DNA from: Bacilli bacterium
GTDB lineage: Bacteria; Bacillota_I; Bacilli_A; RFN20; CAG-826
Assembly (NCBI GenBank): GCA_045615665.1
Contig: JAZLFJ010000053.1
Coordinates: forward strand, 17,109 to 81,108
DNA length: 64,000 nt
Direction: 5' to 3'
The notes under the pieces were generated by a model. That model was given only the letters and a program-made list of their open reading frames with translations, was not told the DNA's origin and ran no database searches. This document shows positions 45,478 through 55,392 of this stretch, one piece after another (position 1 is the stretch's first letter; the number at the start of each line of letters is the position of its first letter). A program made the translations under genes and the position numbers.

Positions 45478-48084
45478 ATGAAATATCTAAGTGGTCAACA
45501 AATTAGAATGATGTGGTTAGACTTTTTCAAAGGAAAAGGTCACCATGTTGAAAAAGGTGCTAGTTTAATACCTTACAAAGATCCATCTTTACTTTGGATC
45601 AATTCAGGTGTCGCAGCCTTAAAGAAATATATGGATGGTAGTGAAGTACCTCCCTCAAGAAGAATCACCAATGTTCAAAAATCGATTCGTACTAACGACA
45701 TCGATAACGTCGGTTATACCGCTAGACATCAAACCTTCTTTGAAATGCTCGGTAATTTCTCCATCGGTAATTATTTTAAAAAGGAAGCCATCGCATTTGC
45801 TTATGAAATTCTCACAAGTGAGAAATATTTTGCAATGCCAAAGGACAAATTATATTTCACCTATAACCCAATCGATGAAGAAACTCATAAACTTTGGCTA
45901 GCTCAAGGCGTCGAAGAATCTCATTTAATTCCTTTAGAAGGAAACTATTGGGAAATCGGTGAAGGCCCAGCCGGTCCAAATACCGAAGTTTTCTTTGACC
46001 GCGGTGAAAAATATGATGAAAATCACTTAGGCGTTAGACTTCTTAAAGAAGAAATTGAAAACGACCGCTACATCGAAATTTGGGGCATCGTCTTTTCACA
46101 ATTTAATGCTGTCCCTGGAACTCCACGTAGTGAATATAAAGAACTTCCATCAAAAAATATTGATACCGGAGCAGGTTTAGAAAGAATTGCTTCAGTTTTA
46201 CAAGAAACTGAATCCAACTTTGAAACCGACTTGTTCATGCCGATTATTAAGGAAGTTGAAAAGAATGCTGATAAACCGTACAAAAAACCGTATTTAACAG
46301 CCTATAGAGTTATCGCTGATCACATTAGAGCGGTTACATTCGCTATAAGCGATGGTGAAATTTTCTCCAATGAAGGACGAGGATACGTTTTACGTCGTCT
46401 TGTTAGAAGAGCGATGAGATTTGCAAAACAAATCGGCATCAATAAACCATTCATGTATAACCTTGTTAAAACGGTCATCTCAATTTATCAAGATTTCTAT
46501 CCAGAACTTAAAGGCAGAGAAAAACATATTGAAAAGATGATCAAAGCCGAAGAAGAGAAATTCCTAGAGACTCTTTCTACTGGCGAAGCTTTGCTTCGTG
46601 AAATGATTGTAGGCAAAAAAGAATTATCTGGTAAAGACGCTTTTAAACTTTATGATACATTTGGTTTTCCAATCGATTTAACCAAAGAAATTTGTGCGGA
46701 AAATAATATTAAAGTTGACGAAGAATCCTTCAAGGAAGAAATGGATAAACAAAAAGAAAGAGCAAGAAACGCTAGAAGCGATGAACAAAGCATGCATAAG
46801 CAATCAAAAGACTTGCTCGAATTCGTTGAACCATCCAAATTCTTCTATGAAGAAAACCCGATTGACGCTAAAGTGATCGCTTTATTTAAAGACGGCGTCA
46901 AAGTTGACGCCATAAATGATGAAGGCGAAGTAATCCTTGATCAAACTAATTTCTACGCTGAAAGTGGTGGCGAAGTCGCCGATACAGGTTATTTGAATAA
47001 TAAAGATACAATCGCTAAAGTTATCAATGTTCAAAAAGCACCAAATAAGCAAAATCTTCACTTTGTGAAGTTAGAAAATGGCAGTCTAAAAGTTGGCGAT
47101 AAAGTCCATCTTGATTTAGACGTTAATAATCGTGAACTTATCAAACGTAATCACTCTGCAACTCACTTACTACAAGCCGCTTTAGAAAAAGTGCTCGGTG
47201 ATCATATTAAACAAATGGGTTCATATGTCTGCGCCGATTATATGCGCTTTGATTTCACCCATTATTCTAAAATCACTCCCGAGGAGTTAAAAGCAATCGA
47301 AGAAGAAGTAAATCGTTTAATTTCCTTGAAGATTAAATCTGATATTAGAGTTCTTCCTATTGCAGAAGCTCAAAAATTGGGCGCAAAAGCTTTCTTCTCT
47401 GAAAAATATGGTGACGAAGTTAGAGTTGTTGCTTTTGGAAAAGAATCGATTGAATTCTGCGGTGGTTGTCATGTTGCAAATACTGCTGATATTGGAGTGT
47501 TCGTCATCGAAAGTGAATCCTCCATCGCCTCTGGTGTTAGAAGAATTCAAGGTCGCTCATCTCTTGGGGGCTATAAGCTTCTAAAACAAAGAGAAGATGT
47601 TTTACTTTCAATTTGTAAAGAAGTCGGAGCGTCTTCAATCTCTGAAGCTAAGGAAAGAGTCGAAGCCTTGCTTGCAAAAGTTGGTGAATTAGATAAGAAA
47701 TTATCTTCACTTATGGATAAGATTTCATATGCAAATGCACAAAGTGCAACAAGTGAATTTAACGATATTAAAGGCTATAAAGTTTTAACTAAATATTTTG
47801 AGAATGCTTCGATTGAGAATATCAATTCAATCGGTGATGATTTAAAAACAAAATATCCAGATTATGCCTTACTTTTAGTGGGTGGAAAAGACGGAGATCT
47901 TCCTATTTCAATCTTCTTAGGTGGCAAAACTCTTAATGAGAATAGAGCTGGAGACTTAGTCAGAGAAATCGCTAAAATTTTAGGTGGAGGTGGAGGTGGT
48001 AGACCAAATATGGCTAACGGAAAAGGCCGTAACTTCTCCAAATTAAATGAAGCGTTTGAATTGTTTAAACAATTACTAAAATAA
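45478..48084 (+). CDS. alaS: alanyl-tRNA synthetase
   Basis: AGGAGG RBS; class II aaRS motifs; 868 aa. Confidence 0.95.
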   Translation: MKYLSGQQIRMMWLDFFKGKGHHVEKGASLIPYKDPSLLWINSGVAALKKYMDGSEVPPSRRITNVQKSIRTNDIDNVGYTARHQTFFEMLGNFSIGNYFKKEAIAFAYEILTSEKYFAMPKDKLYFTYNPIDEETHKLWLAQGVEESHLIPLEGNYWEIGEGPAGPNTEVFFDRGEKYDENHLGVRLLKEEIENDRYIEIWGIVFSQFNAVPGTPRSEYKELPSKNIDTGAGLERIASVLQETESNFETDLFMPIIKEVEKNADKPYKKPYLTAYRVIADHIRAVTFAISDGEIFSNEGRGYVLRRLVRRAMRFAKQIGINKPFMYNLVKTVISIYQDFYPELKGREKHIEKMIKAEEEKFLETLSTGEALLREMIVGKKELSGKDAFKLYDTFGFPIDLTKEICAENNIKVDEESFKEEMDKQKERARNARSDEQSMHKQSKDLLEFVEPSKFFYEENPIDAKVIALFKDGVKVDAINDEGEVILDQTNFYAESGGEVADTGYLNNKDTIAKVINVQKAPNKQNLHFVKLENGSLKVGDKVHLDLDVNNRELIKRNHSATHLLQAALEKVLGDHIKQMGSYVCADYMRFDFTHYSKITPEELKAIEEEVNRLISLKIKSDIRVLPIAEAQKLGAKAFFSEKYGDEVRVVAFGKESIEFCGGCHVANTADIGVFVIESESSIASGVRRIQGRSSLGGYKLLKQREDVLLSICKEVGASSISEAKERVEALLAKVGELDKKLSSLMDKISYANAQSATSEFNDIKGYKVLTKYFENASIENINSIGDDLKTKYPDYALLLVGGKDGDLPISIFLGGKTLNENRAGDLVREIAKILGGGGGGRPNMANGKGRNFSKLNEAFELFKQLLK

Positions 48085-48506
48085 TGAATAAGATTTTGGG
48101 ATTAGATTTAGGCACAAAAACAATAGGAATAGCTATGAGTGACGAGCTTGGAATCGCTCATGGCTACGAGACTTTTCGCTTTGAAGAATTTAACTATAAA
48201 AAAGCGCGAGAATACGTTAATGAACTCTGCTTAAAATTTAATATCGTTGAGGTAGCCTTAGGTATCCCATATTACGCCAGTGGAGATTTATCTCCAAGAG
48301 CGAAATCTTGCTTAAGATTTAAAGATGATTTACTTACATTAAATCCGAATTTAAAAATCGAAATGGTCGACGAATCGTATTCGACGATTGAAGCGGATGA
48401 ATTATTAAAAGAAAGTAACCTCTCATACGCTAAAAGAAAAGAAGTAGTTGATGAGATGGCGGCTTTAGTCATTTTGAATCGATATTTATCGAAAAAAGGA
48501 GGCTAA
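48084..48506 (+). CDS. ruvX: Holliday-junction-resolvase-like / pre-16S rRNA nuclease YqgF (RuvX)
   Basis: LGLDLGTKTIGIA motif; located downstream of alaS as in B. subtilis. Confidence 0.85.
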   Translation: MNKILGLDLGTKTIGIAMSDELGIAHGYETFRFEEFNYKKAREYVNELCLKFNIVEVALGIPYYASGDLSPRAKSCLRFKDDLLTLNPNLKIEMVDESYSTIEADELLKESNLSYAKRKEVVDEMAALVILNRYLSKKGG

Positions 48507-48509
48507 TAA

Positions 48510-48773
48510 ATGCTACTTGATGATGAAATGCTCATCACCTTAGATAACGGTGAAGAGAAATTAATGAAAATTCTTTTTACTTACGATAGTGAGCAAAGAA
48601 AGAAATCCTATGTTTTTCTCTATGATGAAAATGACGAAGAAAATGTTTTGGTTTTTTCGTATAATGAGAAAGACTCTTCTTTAGAAGAAATCGAAGATGA
48701 AGAAGAATACAAAGAGGCTGAAGAAGTGCTTAATGCCTTCTATGAAGATGAAAAAATCCAATCTATCAAATAG
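48510..48773 (+). CDS. DUF1292 protein (YrzB-like)
   Basis: small acidic protein; conserved alaS-ruvX-yrzB synteny. Confidence 0.7.
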   Translation: MLLDDEMLITLDNGEEKLMKILFTYDSEQRKKSYVFLYDENDEENVLVFSYNEKDSSLEEIEDEEEYKEAEEVLNAFYEDEKIQSIK

Positions 48774-48855
48774 GTTAGATTTCAGTTTAGAAAAAATTGT
48801 TTTACTTTAGTGAAATAAAGTATAAAATCATTATTGCTAATTAGGAGAAATAATT

Positions 48856-49329
48856 ATGGTTAACAAAATCGAATTAACAAAAGAAGGCGCTGAAAAACTT
48901 GAAAAAGAATATCGCCATTTACTTGATATTGAACGTCCTGAAGTTATCGAACAGATCAAAGCTGCTCGTGCTCAAGGCGACTTGAGTGAAAACTCAGACT
49001 TGGATGCTGCAAGAGATCGTCAAGCCGAAATCGAAGCTAGAATTAAAGATATCGAAAACATTTTAGCTAATGCTAAGATCATCGATAATTCCACAAAAAG
49101 TGGCAAGGTTGTCTCTTTAGGAAGCACTGTTGAAGTTAAAGATTTAAGTGATAATACAACCGCTTCATACACCATTGTTGGTACCGTTGAAGCTAACCCA
49201 GTTAAAGGACTTATCTCAAACGTTTCACCACTTGGTAAAGCTATCGTTGGAAAACGTGTTGGAGATGAATGCGTCGTTAGAGTCGCTCAAGAATACAAGG
49301 TCCAAATCTTAAAAATCGACAATAAATAA
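48856..49329 (+). CDS. greA: transcription elongation factor GreA
   Basis: coiled-coil plus FKBP-like domains; RGQGDLSEN-type motif. Confidence 0.9.
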   Translation: MVNKIELTKEGAEKLEKEYRHLLDIERPEVIEQIKAARAQGDLSENSDLDAARDRQAEIEARIKDIENILANAKIIDNSTKSGKVVSLGSTVEVKDLSDNTTASYTIVGTVEANPVKGLISNVSPLGKAIVGKRVGDECVVRVAQEYKVQILKIDNK

Positions 49330-49352
49330 TAGAATTAATAAATGTAAGAAAT

Positions 49353-49385
49353 TCACCGCAAATCCGGTGGATTTTTTATTTTTTT
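49353..49385 (+). terminator. rho-independent terminator
   Basis: CACCG-caaatc-CGGTG hairpin followed by GATTTTTTATTTTTTT. Confidence 0.65.
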
Positions 49386-49451
49386 AAAAATTTTCAAACT
49401 TTTTTCGAAAAATCTCAGTATATAGTTTGTGAAGAACAAGGAGGTTTATTT

Positions 49452-49628
49452 ATGAAAAGAGTACTTAGCGAAAAAGAATGTAAAAACATCGTCACTGGCG
49501 AAATAACTCTTGCGGCTGTCATGGCCATATGCGCAATTGCAATTGTTGCAGTTGTTGTTTACCGCATGTTCATGTCTAAAGAAGGCAGTTCATCTATTCC
49601 TGGCGGTTGGAAATTCTCTTGGAAATGA
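49452..49628 (+). CDS. 58-aa small membrane protein (not in the ORF track), translationally coupled to radC
   Basis: AAGGAGG RBS 7 nt upstream; one TM helix (ITLAAVMAICAIAIVAVVVY); its stop overlaps the radC start as ATGA. Confidence 0.5.
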   Translation: MKRVLSEKECKNIVTGEITLAAVMAICAIAIVAVVVYRMFMSKEGSSSIPGGWKFSWK

Positions 49629-50293
49629 AAATTAGAGAATTACCACGTGAAATTAGGCCGAGAGAAAAGGCGCTTCACTATGGGATTGAATCTTTGTCTG
49701 ACGAAGAACTTTTAGCCCTTTTAATAGCTTCTGGAGTAAAAGGATGTTCGGCGATGGATATCTCAAGGGATTTATTGACGACTTATCTCACTTTATCCTC
49801 GCTTGCAAACGCAAATCTTTCTTCACTAGAAGAACATTTCGGATTATCCAAGATTACGGCTTTAAAATTAATGGCGACTTTCGAATTTCATAATCGCCTT
49901 AATTCACCCTTATATCAGTATCGATATTTGATTGGATCGAGTCAGGATTTATATGAAAGATATCGCTACTTAGAAAATTTCACACAAGAAGTCCTAGCGA
50001 TTGTCATGATCAACAAGAAAAAAGAAATCATCAAAGAGAAGATTCTTTATCGAGGCACAAACAATGATTTGAGCATTAGTCCAAAAGAAATCTGCTTAGA
50101 AATCATCTCCTCAAGATGTTCGCAATTTGTTTTAATCCATAATCATCCAGATGGAAACACAAATCCTAGCGAGGAAGACATCTATGCGACAGAGGTAATA
50201 AAAAAGACGGCTGATTCACTTCAAATTAGGCTATTTGACCATCTCATCATTTATCCTGGCGGGTATTATTCATTTAACGAAAAGATAACTTAG
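49625..50293 (+). CDS. radC: RadC-family JAB/MPN domain protein
   Basis: HhH N-terminus; JAMM motif HNHPDGNTNPSEED. Confidence 0.8.
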   Translation: MKIRELPREIRPREKALHYGIESLSDEELLALLIASGVKGCSAMDISRDLLTTYLTLSSLANANLSSLEEHFGLSKITALKLMATFEFHNRLNSPLYQYRYLIGSSQDLYERYRYLENFTQEVLAIVMINKKKEIIKEKILYRGTNNDLSISPKEICLEIISSRCSQFVLIHNHPDGNTNPSEEDIYATEVIKKTADSLQIRLFDHLIIYPGGYYSFNEKIT

Positions 50294-50329
50294 TTACACT
50301 AATGATATAAAATAAATTCTTTACAAGTC

Positions 50330-50460
50330 ACTTAGATAATATTAATATATTAAGCGTTGTTGCCTCACCAGCTACAACCGCCTAGAAAAGGTGATTAACT
50401 TATTGCCAAAGGCAATAGACCTTAATAGCGAGTCTTGAGTGAGAAAGTAGAGGTATTTAC
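50330..50460 (+). promoter_or_regulatory. structured leader of the rplU-prp-rpmA operon (L21-leader-like)
   Basis: hairpins GTTGT...ACAAC and TTGCC-aaa-GGCAA upstream of the RBS. Confidence 0.4.
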
Positions 50461-50769
50461 ATGTACGCAATTATTGAAACAGGTGGAAAGCAAGTCCGCG
50501 TCGAAGTTGGACAACAAATTTTTGTTGAAAAATTAGATGTTAAGGCTAACGAAAAATACGTTTTCGATAAAGTTCTTCTCGTTGCCGATAAAGCGGTCAA
50601 AGTCGGTACACCATATGTCGAAGGTGCTAAAGTAACTGCCAAAGTCGTCAAAAACGGACTTAGCAAAAAGATTCGCATCTACAAATACAAAGCTAAACAT
50701 AACTCTGCACGTAGAACAATTGGTCATAGACAACCATATACTTGCTTAGTTATCGAATCAATTGCTTAA
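50461..50769 (+). CDS. rplU: 50S ribosomal protein L21
   Basis: [11 protein letters not shown] start. Confidence 0.95.
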   Translation: MYAIIETGGKQVRVEVGQQIFVEKLDVKANEKYVFDKVLLVADKAVKVGTPYVEGAKVTAKVVKNGLSKKIRIYKYKAKHNSARRTIGHRQPYTCLVIESIA

Positions 50770-50770
50770 T

Positions 50771-51082
50771 ATGATTCATATTAACGCAAATCGTAAAGAC
50801 GGAAAAATAGTTTATTTATCCGTTAAAGGCCACGCTAATTACGATACGGAAGGAAAAGACATTGTCTGCTCCGCTATTAGCGCAATATCAGTTGGAGGTA
50901 TCAACGCTCTAAAGAACCCAAAAGATTTCAATCTTAAAGTGGAAAAAGGAGACGTTGAAATATCTCTTAAAGCGAAGGCCAGTGAACACGATTACGAAGT
51001 GCTCGAAACAATTCTTACCCAGCTTAAAACTGTGGCAGAGACTAGTTCCAAGTATGTCAAGGTAATCGAGAAAGGAAATTAG
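50771..51082 (+). CDS. prp: ribosomal-processing cysteine protease Prp
   Basis: GHA...DIVCSAIS motif; lies between rplU and rpmA. Confidence 0.85.
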   Translation: MIHINANRKDGKIVYLSVKGHANYDTEGKDIVCSAISAISVGGINALKNPKDFNLKVEKGDVEISLKAKASEHDYEVLETILTQLKTVAETSSKYVKVIEKGN

Positions 51083-51084
51083 TT

Positions 51085-51366
51085 ATGTTATTTAAATTAG
51101 ATCTACAACTCTTTGCTAGTAAAAAAGGTGTCGGTTCTACAAAGAACGGTCGTGATTCTAGATCCAAACGTTTAGGCGCGAAATTGTCCGATGGACAATA
51201 TTGCACAGCTGGCAGCATCATCTATCGTCAAAGAGGTACAAAAGTTTTTCCAGGAGTCAACACCCGTCGCGGTGGTGATGATACAATCTTCTCAACCATC
51301 GATGGTATCGTCAAATTCGAAAGACTTGGTAAAAGCAAAACTCGCGTTTCTGTCTACGCTAAATAA
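51085..51366 (+). CDS. rpmA: 50S ribosomal protein L27, with the Prp-cleaved N-terminal extension
   Basis: N-terminus [25 protein letters not shown]. Confidence 0.95.
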   Translation: MLFKLDLQLFASKKGVGSTKNGRDSRSKRLGAKLSDGQYCTAGSIIYRQRGTKVFPGVNTRRGGDDTIFSTIDGIVKFERLGKSKTRVSVYAK

Positions 51367-51383
51367 TTAGATAGATATTAATT

Positions 51384-51412
51384 AGACCACAAAATAATGT
51401 GGTCTTTTTTAT
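51384..51412 (+). terminator. rho-independent terminator
   Basis: AGACCACAAAA-taa-TGTGGTCT hairpin followed by TTTTTTAT. Confidence 0.8.
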
Positions 51413-51437
51413 ATCTTCACGTATATAATATGTGTGT

Positions 51438-52709
51438 ATGTTTATTGATCGAGTAATTGTTGAAGTTCGCTCTGGCAAGGGCGGGGATGGTATGATCGCC
51501 TTCCTTCACGAAAAATATGTTGCCAAGGGTGGACCTAGTGGTGGTAATGGTGGTCGAGGTGCCTCCATTATTTTCCGCGCTAATAAATCGATCAACACTT
51601 TATATAACTTTAGACACTCCAAAGTATTCATCGGACAAGATGGAGAAAAAGGTGGAACTAAAAACAAATATGGTCGTGGAGCAAATGATGTAATCGTCGA
51701 TGTACCTTTAGGTACAATTGTTTATGATGAAAAAGATGGCCATCTAATTGCTGATCTTTCTACTAACGGAGAAAGTGTTGTCGTTGCTAAAGGCGGTAGA
51801 GGCGGAAGAGGTAACGCTGCATTTAAATCGGATAAGAATCGAGTTCCTCGCATCGCTGAAAACGGACTTCCAGGTGAAACTAAACGTTTAATTCTTGAAC
51901 TTAAACTTCTCGCCGATGTAGGTTTAGTTGGTCTACCAAATGCTGGTAAATCAACACTTTTAAGTGTTGTTAGCAACGCTAATCCAGAAATAGCTGATTA
52001 TCCCTTCACAACGATTGAACCTAATTTAGGTGTAGTTAATGTTTCAAAATATGAAAGCTTCGTTATGGCAGATCTTCCTGGTCTAATCGAAGGGGCGCAT
52101 ACCGGAAAAGGCTTAGGTTTAACTTTCCTTAGGCATCTTGAAAGATGTAGACTTATCGTCCATGTCGTTTCCCTAGAAGAAGAAAATCCATACGAAAACT
52201 TTAAAATTGTCCAAAATGAAATTAAATCCTATGGAATGGGCTTAGATAAACGCCCATTAATTGTCGTCGCGTCGAAAATGGATGATGATTCTTATGAAGA
52301 TAAATTCAAAGAATTTAAAAAACATTATAAAGGTGAAGTTATCAAACTTTGTAGCATCACTCACCGAGGCGTTGATGAACTAATTAATAAATGTCGTGAG
52401 ATTTTAGAAGTTACTCCTCCATTTCCTCTTGGAGAAGTGTCTGAACAAAAAGATATTAAAGTCTATGATGCTTATAAAGAAGCCAAGCCAATCTTTGAAA
52501 TCGTTAAAGAAAAAGATCATGTTTTCCGCATCGTTGGTGAATCGATTGAAAGAACATATTCTTTAATTAATATATCCACTGATGAAGGCTTGATGCGTTT
52601 AATCAATTATTTAAGAAAAATCGATGTTGAAAAAGCTCTTAAAGAAAAAGGCGCAGTCGATGGTGACTCCGTCTTCCTTTGCGATTTTGAATTCGAATAT
52701 TTAGAATAA
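51438..52709 (+). CDS. obg: GTPase Obg
   Basis: Obg fold, G motifs GLPNAGKST and DLPG, C-terminal TGS-like domain; TATATAAT -10 immediately upstream. Confidence 0.9.
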   Translation: MFIDRVIVEVRSGKGGDGMIAFLHEKYVAKGGPSGGNGGRGASIIFRANKSINTLYNFRHSKVFIGQDGEKGGTKNKYGRGANDVIVDVPLGTIVYDEKDGHLIADLSTNGESVVVAKGGRGGRGNAAFKSDKNRVPRIAENGLPGETKRLILELKLLADVGLVGLPNAGKSTLLSVVSNANPEIADYPFTTIEPNLGVVNVSKYESFVMADLPGLIEGAHTGKGLGLTFLRHLERCRLIVHVVSLEEENPYENFKIVQNEIKSYGMGLDKRPLIVVASKMDDDSYEDKFKEFKKHYKGEVIKLCSITHRGVDELINKCREILEVTPPFPLGEVSEQKDIKVYDAYKEAKPIFEIVKEKDHVFRIVGESIERTYSLINISTDEGLMRLINYLRKIDVEKALKEKGAVDGDSVFLCDFEFEYLE

Positions 52710-52713
52710 AGAT

Positions 52714-53445
52714 ATGAAATTAGAACATTATTTAAAAGAAATCGAATCATTTCTAAAAAACTATCTAGAATCTAATCACATGGATTCATATGTTTTAGGT
52801 TTAAGCGGTGGAGTGGATTCATCTTTAGTAGCCGCTATTGCTAGAAAAGCCGTGGGAAAAGATAGACTTTATTGCTATGCAATAGATATTGAATCAAACC
52901 CTCAAGATATCATCGATGCCAAAAGTGTTGCTAAAGAATTAGATTTAAATCTTAAAGTCGTTAATTTAACTGATACATATCATTCATATTTAAAAGATTT
53001 AAGCGGTGAAGATTTTATTCGCTTAACAAAATCGAATCTAAAAGTCAGGATGCGTATGGTAGCCTTATTCGCCTACGCTCAAGAAAAGAAAGGTCTAGTG
53101 CTTGGCACTGATAATGCTGATGAAAGATATGTCGGCTATTTCACCAAATATGGTGATGGAGCAGCAGATGTTCTTCCAATCGTCCATTTAACTAAGAGCG
53201 AAGTTAGAGATGCCGCTAAGATGTATGGCTTAAGCGAAATACTTGCTAACCGTGTTCCATCCGCCGGATTATTCGAAGGACAAACCGACGAAAAAGAGAT
53301 GGGAATATCTTATAAAGATTTGGACGATTTCCTTTCAGGAAAAGAAATTGATCCAAAGGCAAAAGAAAGAATCGAATATCTTCATAAAATTAGCGAACAT
53401 AAACGCAAAGCGATTCCTGAACCAATTCCGTTTAAAAGGGATTAG
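52714..53445 (+). CDS. nadE: NH3-dependent NAD+ synthetase
   Basis: PP-loop motif SGGVDSS. Confidence 0.9.
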   Translation: MKLEHYLKEIESFLKNYLESNHMDSYVLGLSGGVDSSLVAAIARKAVGKDRLYCYAIDIESNPQDIIDAKSVAKELDLNLKVVNLTDTYHSYLKDLSGEDFIRLTKSNLKVRMRMVALFAYAQEKKGLVLGTDNADERYVGYFTKYGDGAADVLPIVHLTKSEVRDAAKMYGLSEILANRVPSAGLFEGQTDEKEMGISYKDLDDFLSGKEIDPKAKERIEYLHKISEHKRKAIPEPIPFKRD

Positions 53446-53613
53446 GATTGCTCAATAAAAGAAGTTAAATTTACTCTTTTAATATGAGTAATTTTTTTAT
53501 ACAATAAAAAATATGGAAGAAAAGAAAATCAATCCAGCGATGATTAGCGCTCTTATCTCAAGCGTTATTATCCTTGCGATCATCATTCTTTTCATCATCA
53601 CTTTTAATTAATT

Positions 53614-54168
53614 ATGTATTTTTCATTTAAAGGACCTATCACTTATCTTGGCGAAGATTATATCGTCATTGAAGTTAATGACATCGGTTATCAAGTTTAT
53701 GTGCCGCATGTTAGTGACTATTCTTTAGGCGAAGTTACAAAAGTATATTTATATAATGTCGTTAGAGAAGATGAACAATATCTCGCCGGTTTTTCTTCAA
53801 TTAGAGAAAAAGAAGCTTTCGTTTCTTTAATCTCAGTTAAAGGTATCGGTCCAAGAACTGCTTTAAATGCTTTAAGTGCGACTAACGCCGATGATTTATT
53901 TAACGCGATTGCCGCTAATAACGTCACTTATTTAAAGAAGCTTCCTGGAATTGGTGGAAAAGCAGCAGCCCAAATCATTCTTGACCTTAAAGGTCAACTT
54001 ACGATTGGAAGCGCTGCTAATATAGATCAATATGATGAAGTTAGAACCGCTTTAAAATCATTAGGTTTTAAAGTTAAACTTATCGATGATGTTTTGTCGC
54101 AAATTTCCATTCCAAATGCCACCAACGAAGAAATTCTTCGTGAAGCTCTAAAAAGATTAAGAAAATAG
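53614..54168 (+). CDS. ruvA: Holliday junction DNA helicase RuvA
   Basis: OB and HhH domains; motif [11 protein letters not shown]. Confidence 0.9.
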   Translation: MYFSFKGPITYLGEDYIVIEVNDIGYQVYVPHVSDYSLGEVTKVYLYNVVREDEQYLAGFSSIREKEAFVSLISVKGIGPRTALNALSATNADDLFNAIAANNVTYLKKLPGIGGKAAAQIILDLKGQLTIGSAANIDQYDEVRTALKSLGFKVKLIDDVLSQISIPNATNEEILREALKRLRK

Positions 54169-54169
54169 T

Positions 54170-55174
54170 ATGGCTAGACTAGTTGATGCAAATAGATCAA
54201 AAGAAGATGCGATTGAGATTTCTTTACGCCCCCAATCATTAAAAGAATATGTTGGGCAAGAAGCGCTTAAAGAAAATCTTAAGATTTTTATCGGAGCGGC
54301 TCGTCATCGCAATGAAACGCTCGACCACGTCCTTTTATATGGTCCACCAGGCTTAGGTAAAACAACCTTGGCCCACGTCATCGCTAACGAGATGCATGCT
54401 CAAATTAGAATCATCAATGGACCGGCGATTGAAAAACCAGGTGATTTAGCCTCAATTTTAACTACTTTAGAACCAGGTGATGTTCTTTTTATTGATGAGA
54501 TTCATCGTCTACCTCGCGTCGTTGAAGAAGTACTTTATGGAGCGATGGAAGACTTTAAATTATCGATTATTATTCCTCGTGAATCTGGAGCCTCATCTCT
54601 CAACCTAGATTTACCGCCATTCACTCTTGTTGGAGCAACCACTCGAGCAGGTGATTTATCTGCGCCACTTCGCGCTCGTTTCGGTATAACCGAAAAGATT
54701 AACTTTTATACTGTCAAAGAAATCGAAGATATCGTCAATAGAACCGCTAAAGTTTTCAATACTGAAATCGATCCAAAAGCGGCATTAGAAATCGCCAAAA
54801 GAAGCAGGGGAACACCTCGTATCGCCAACCGTTTGTTTAGACGTGTTAGAGACTTCGCTAACTATGAAGGAAAAGATCGTATCGAATATAGCGACGCTCT
54901 TAAAGCATTAACCGCCTTAAAAGTGGACTGTCTTGGTCTAGATGATGTCGATATTAAATATTTAGAAACGATTGCTGACCGCTTTAACGGTGGGCCAGTT
55001 GGCCTAGAAACAGTCGCCTCCTCAATCGGTGAAGAAGTTATGAATCTCGAAGATGTTTATGAACCATTTTTACTTCAAATCGGTCTAATTAATCGCACTC
55101 CTAGAGGAAGAGTTTTAACCGAGGAAGCATATCAACATTTAGAAAAGAATCATAATCACAAATTGTTTAGCTAA
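54170..55174 (+). CDS. ruvB: Holliday junction DNA helicase RuvB
   Basis: AAA+ Walker [10 protein letters not shown] and Walker B DEIHR. Confidence 0.95.
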   Translation: MARLVDANRSKEDAIEISLRPQSLKEYVGQEALKENLKIFIGAARHRNETLDHVLLYGPPGLGKTTLAHVIANEMHAQIRIINGPAIEKPGDLASILTTLEPGDVLFIDEIHRLPRVVEEVLYGAMEDFKLSIIIPRESGASSLNLDLPPFTLVGATTRAGDLSAPLRARFGITEKINFYTVKEIEDIVNRTAKVFNTEIDPKAALEIAKRSRGTPRIANRLFRRVRDFANYEGKDRIEYSDALKALTALKVDCLGLDDVDIKYLETIADRFNGGPVGLETVASSIGEEVMNLEDVYEPFLLQIGLINRTPRGRVLTEEAYQHLEKNHNHKLFS

Positions 55175-55207
55175 TATTTACTAGTAAATATAAAATGACT
55201 GAAATAA

Positions 55208-55232
55208 GAGGAAAAAGACCTCTTTTTTCTTT
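55208..55232 (+). terminator. rho-independent terminator
   Basis: AGAGG-aaaaagac-CCTCT hairpin followed by TTTTTTCTTT. Confidence 0.7.
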
Positions 55233-55392
55233 GCTAAAATATTAAGAATTTTTTCATAAATAATGAAAATTGTAACTAATATAAATAGAAAGTGATTTTT
55301 TGTTTCCTCTTTACTTAGTAAGTAAGAAAGAGTATTCTTTAAAAGACGCTTAAATTATTATAATTTAGTGATTTAGAAAAGGAACTATTACT

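Noticed and set aside
55186-55201. 16-bp perfect palindrome TATTTACTAGTAAATA right after the ruvB stop
   Set aside because: AT-rich palindromes arise by chance in low-GC DNA. It sits adjacent to a real terminator and has no other support.
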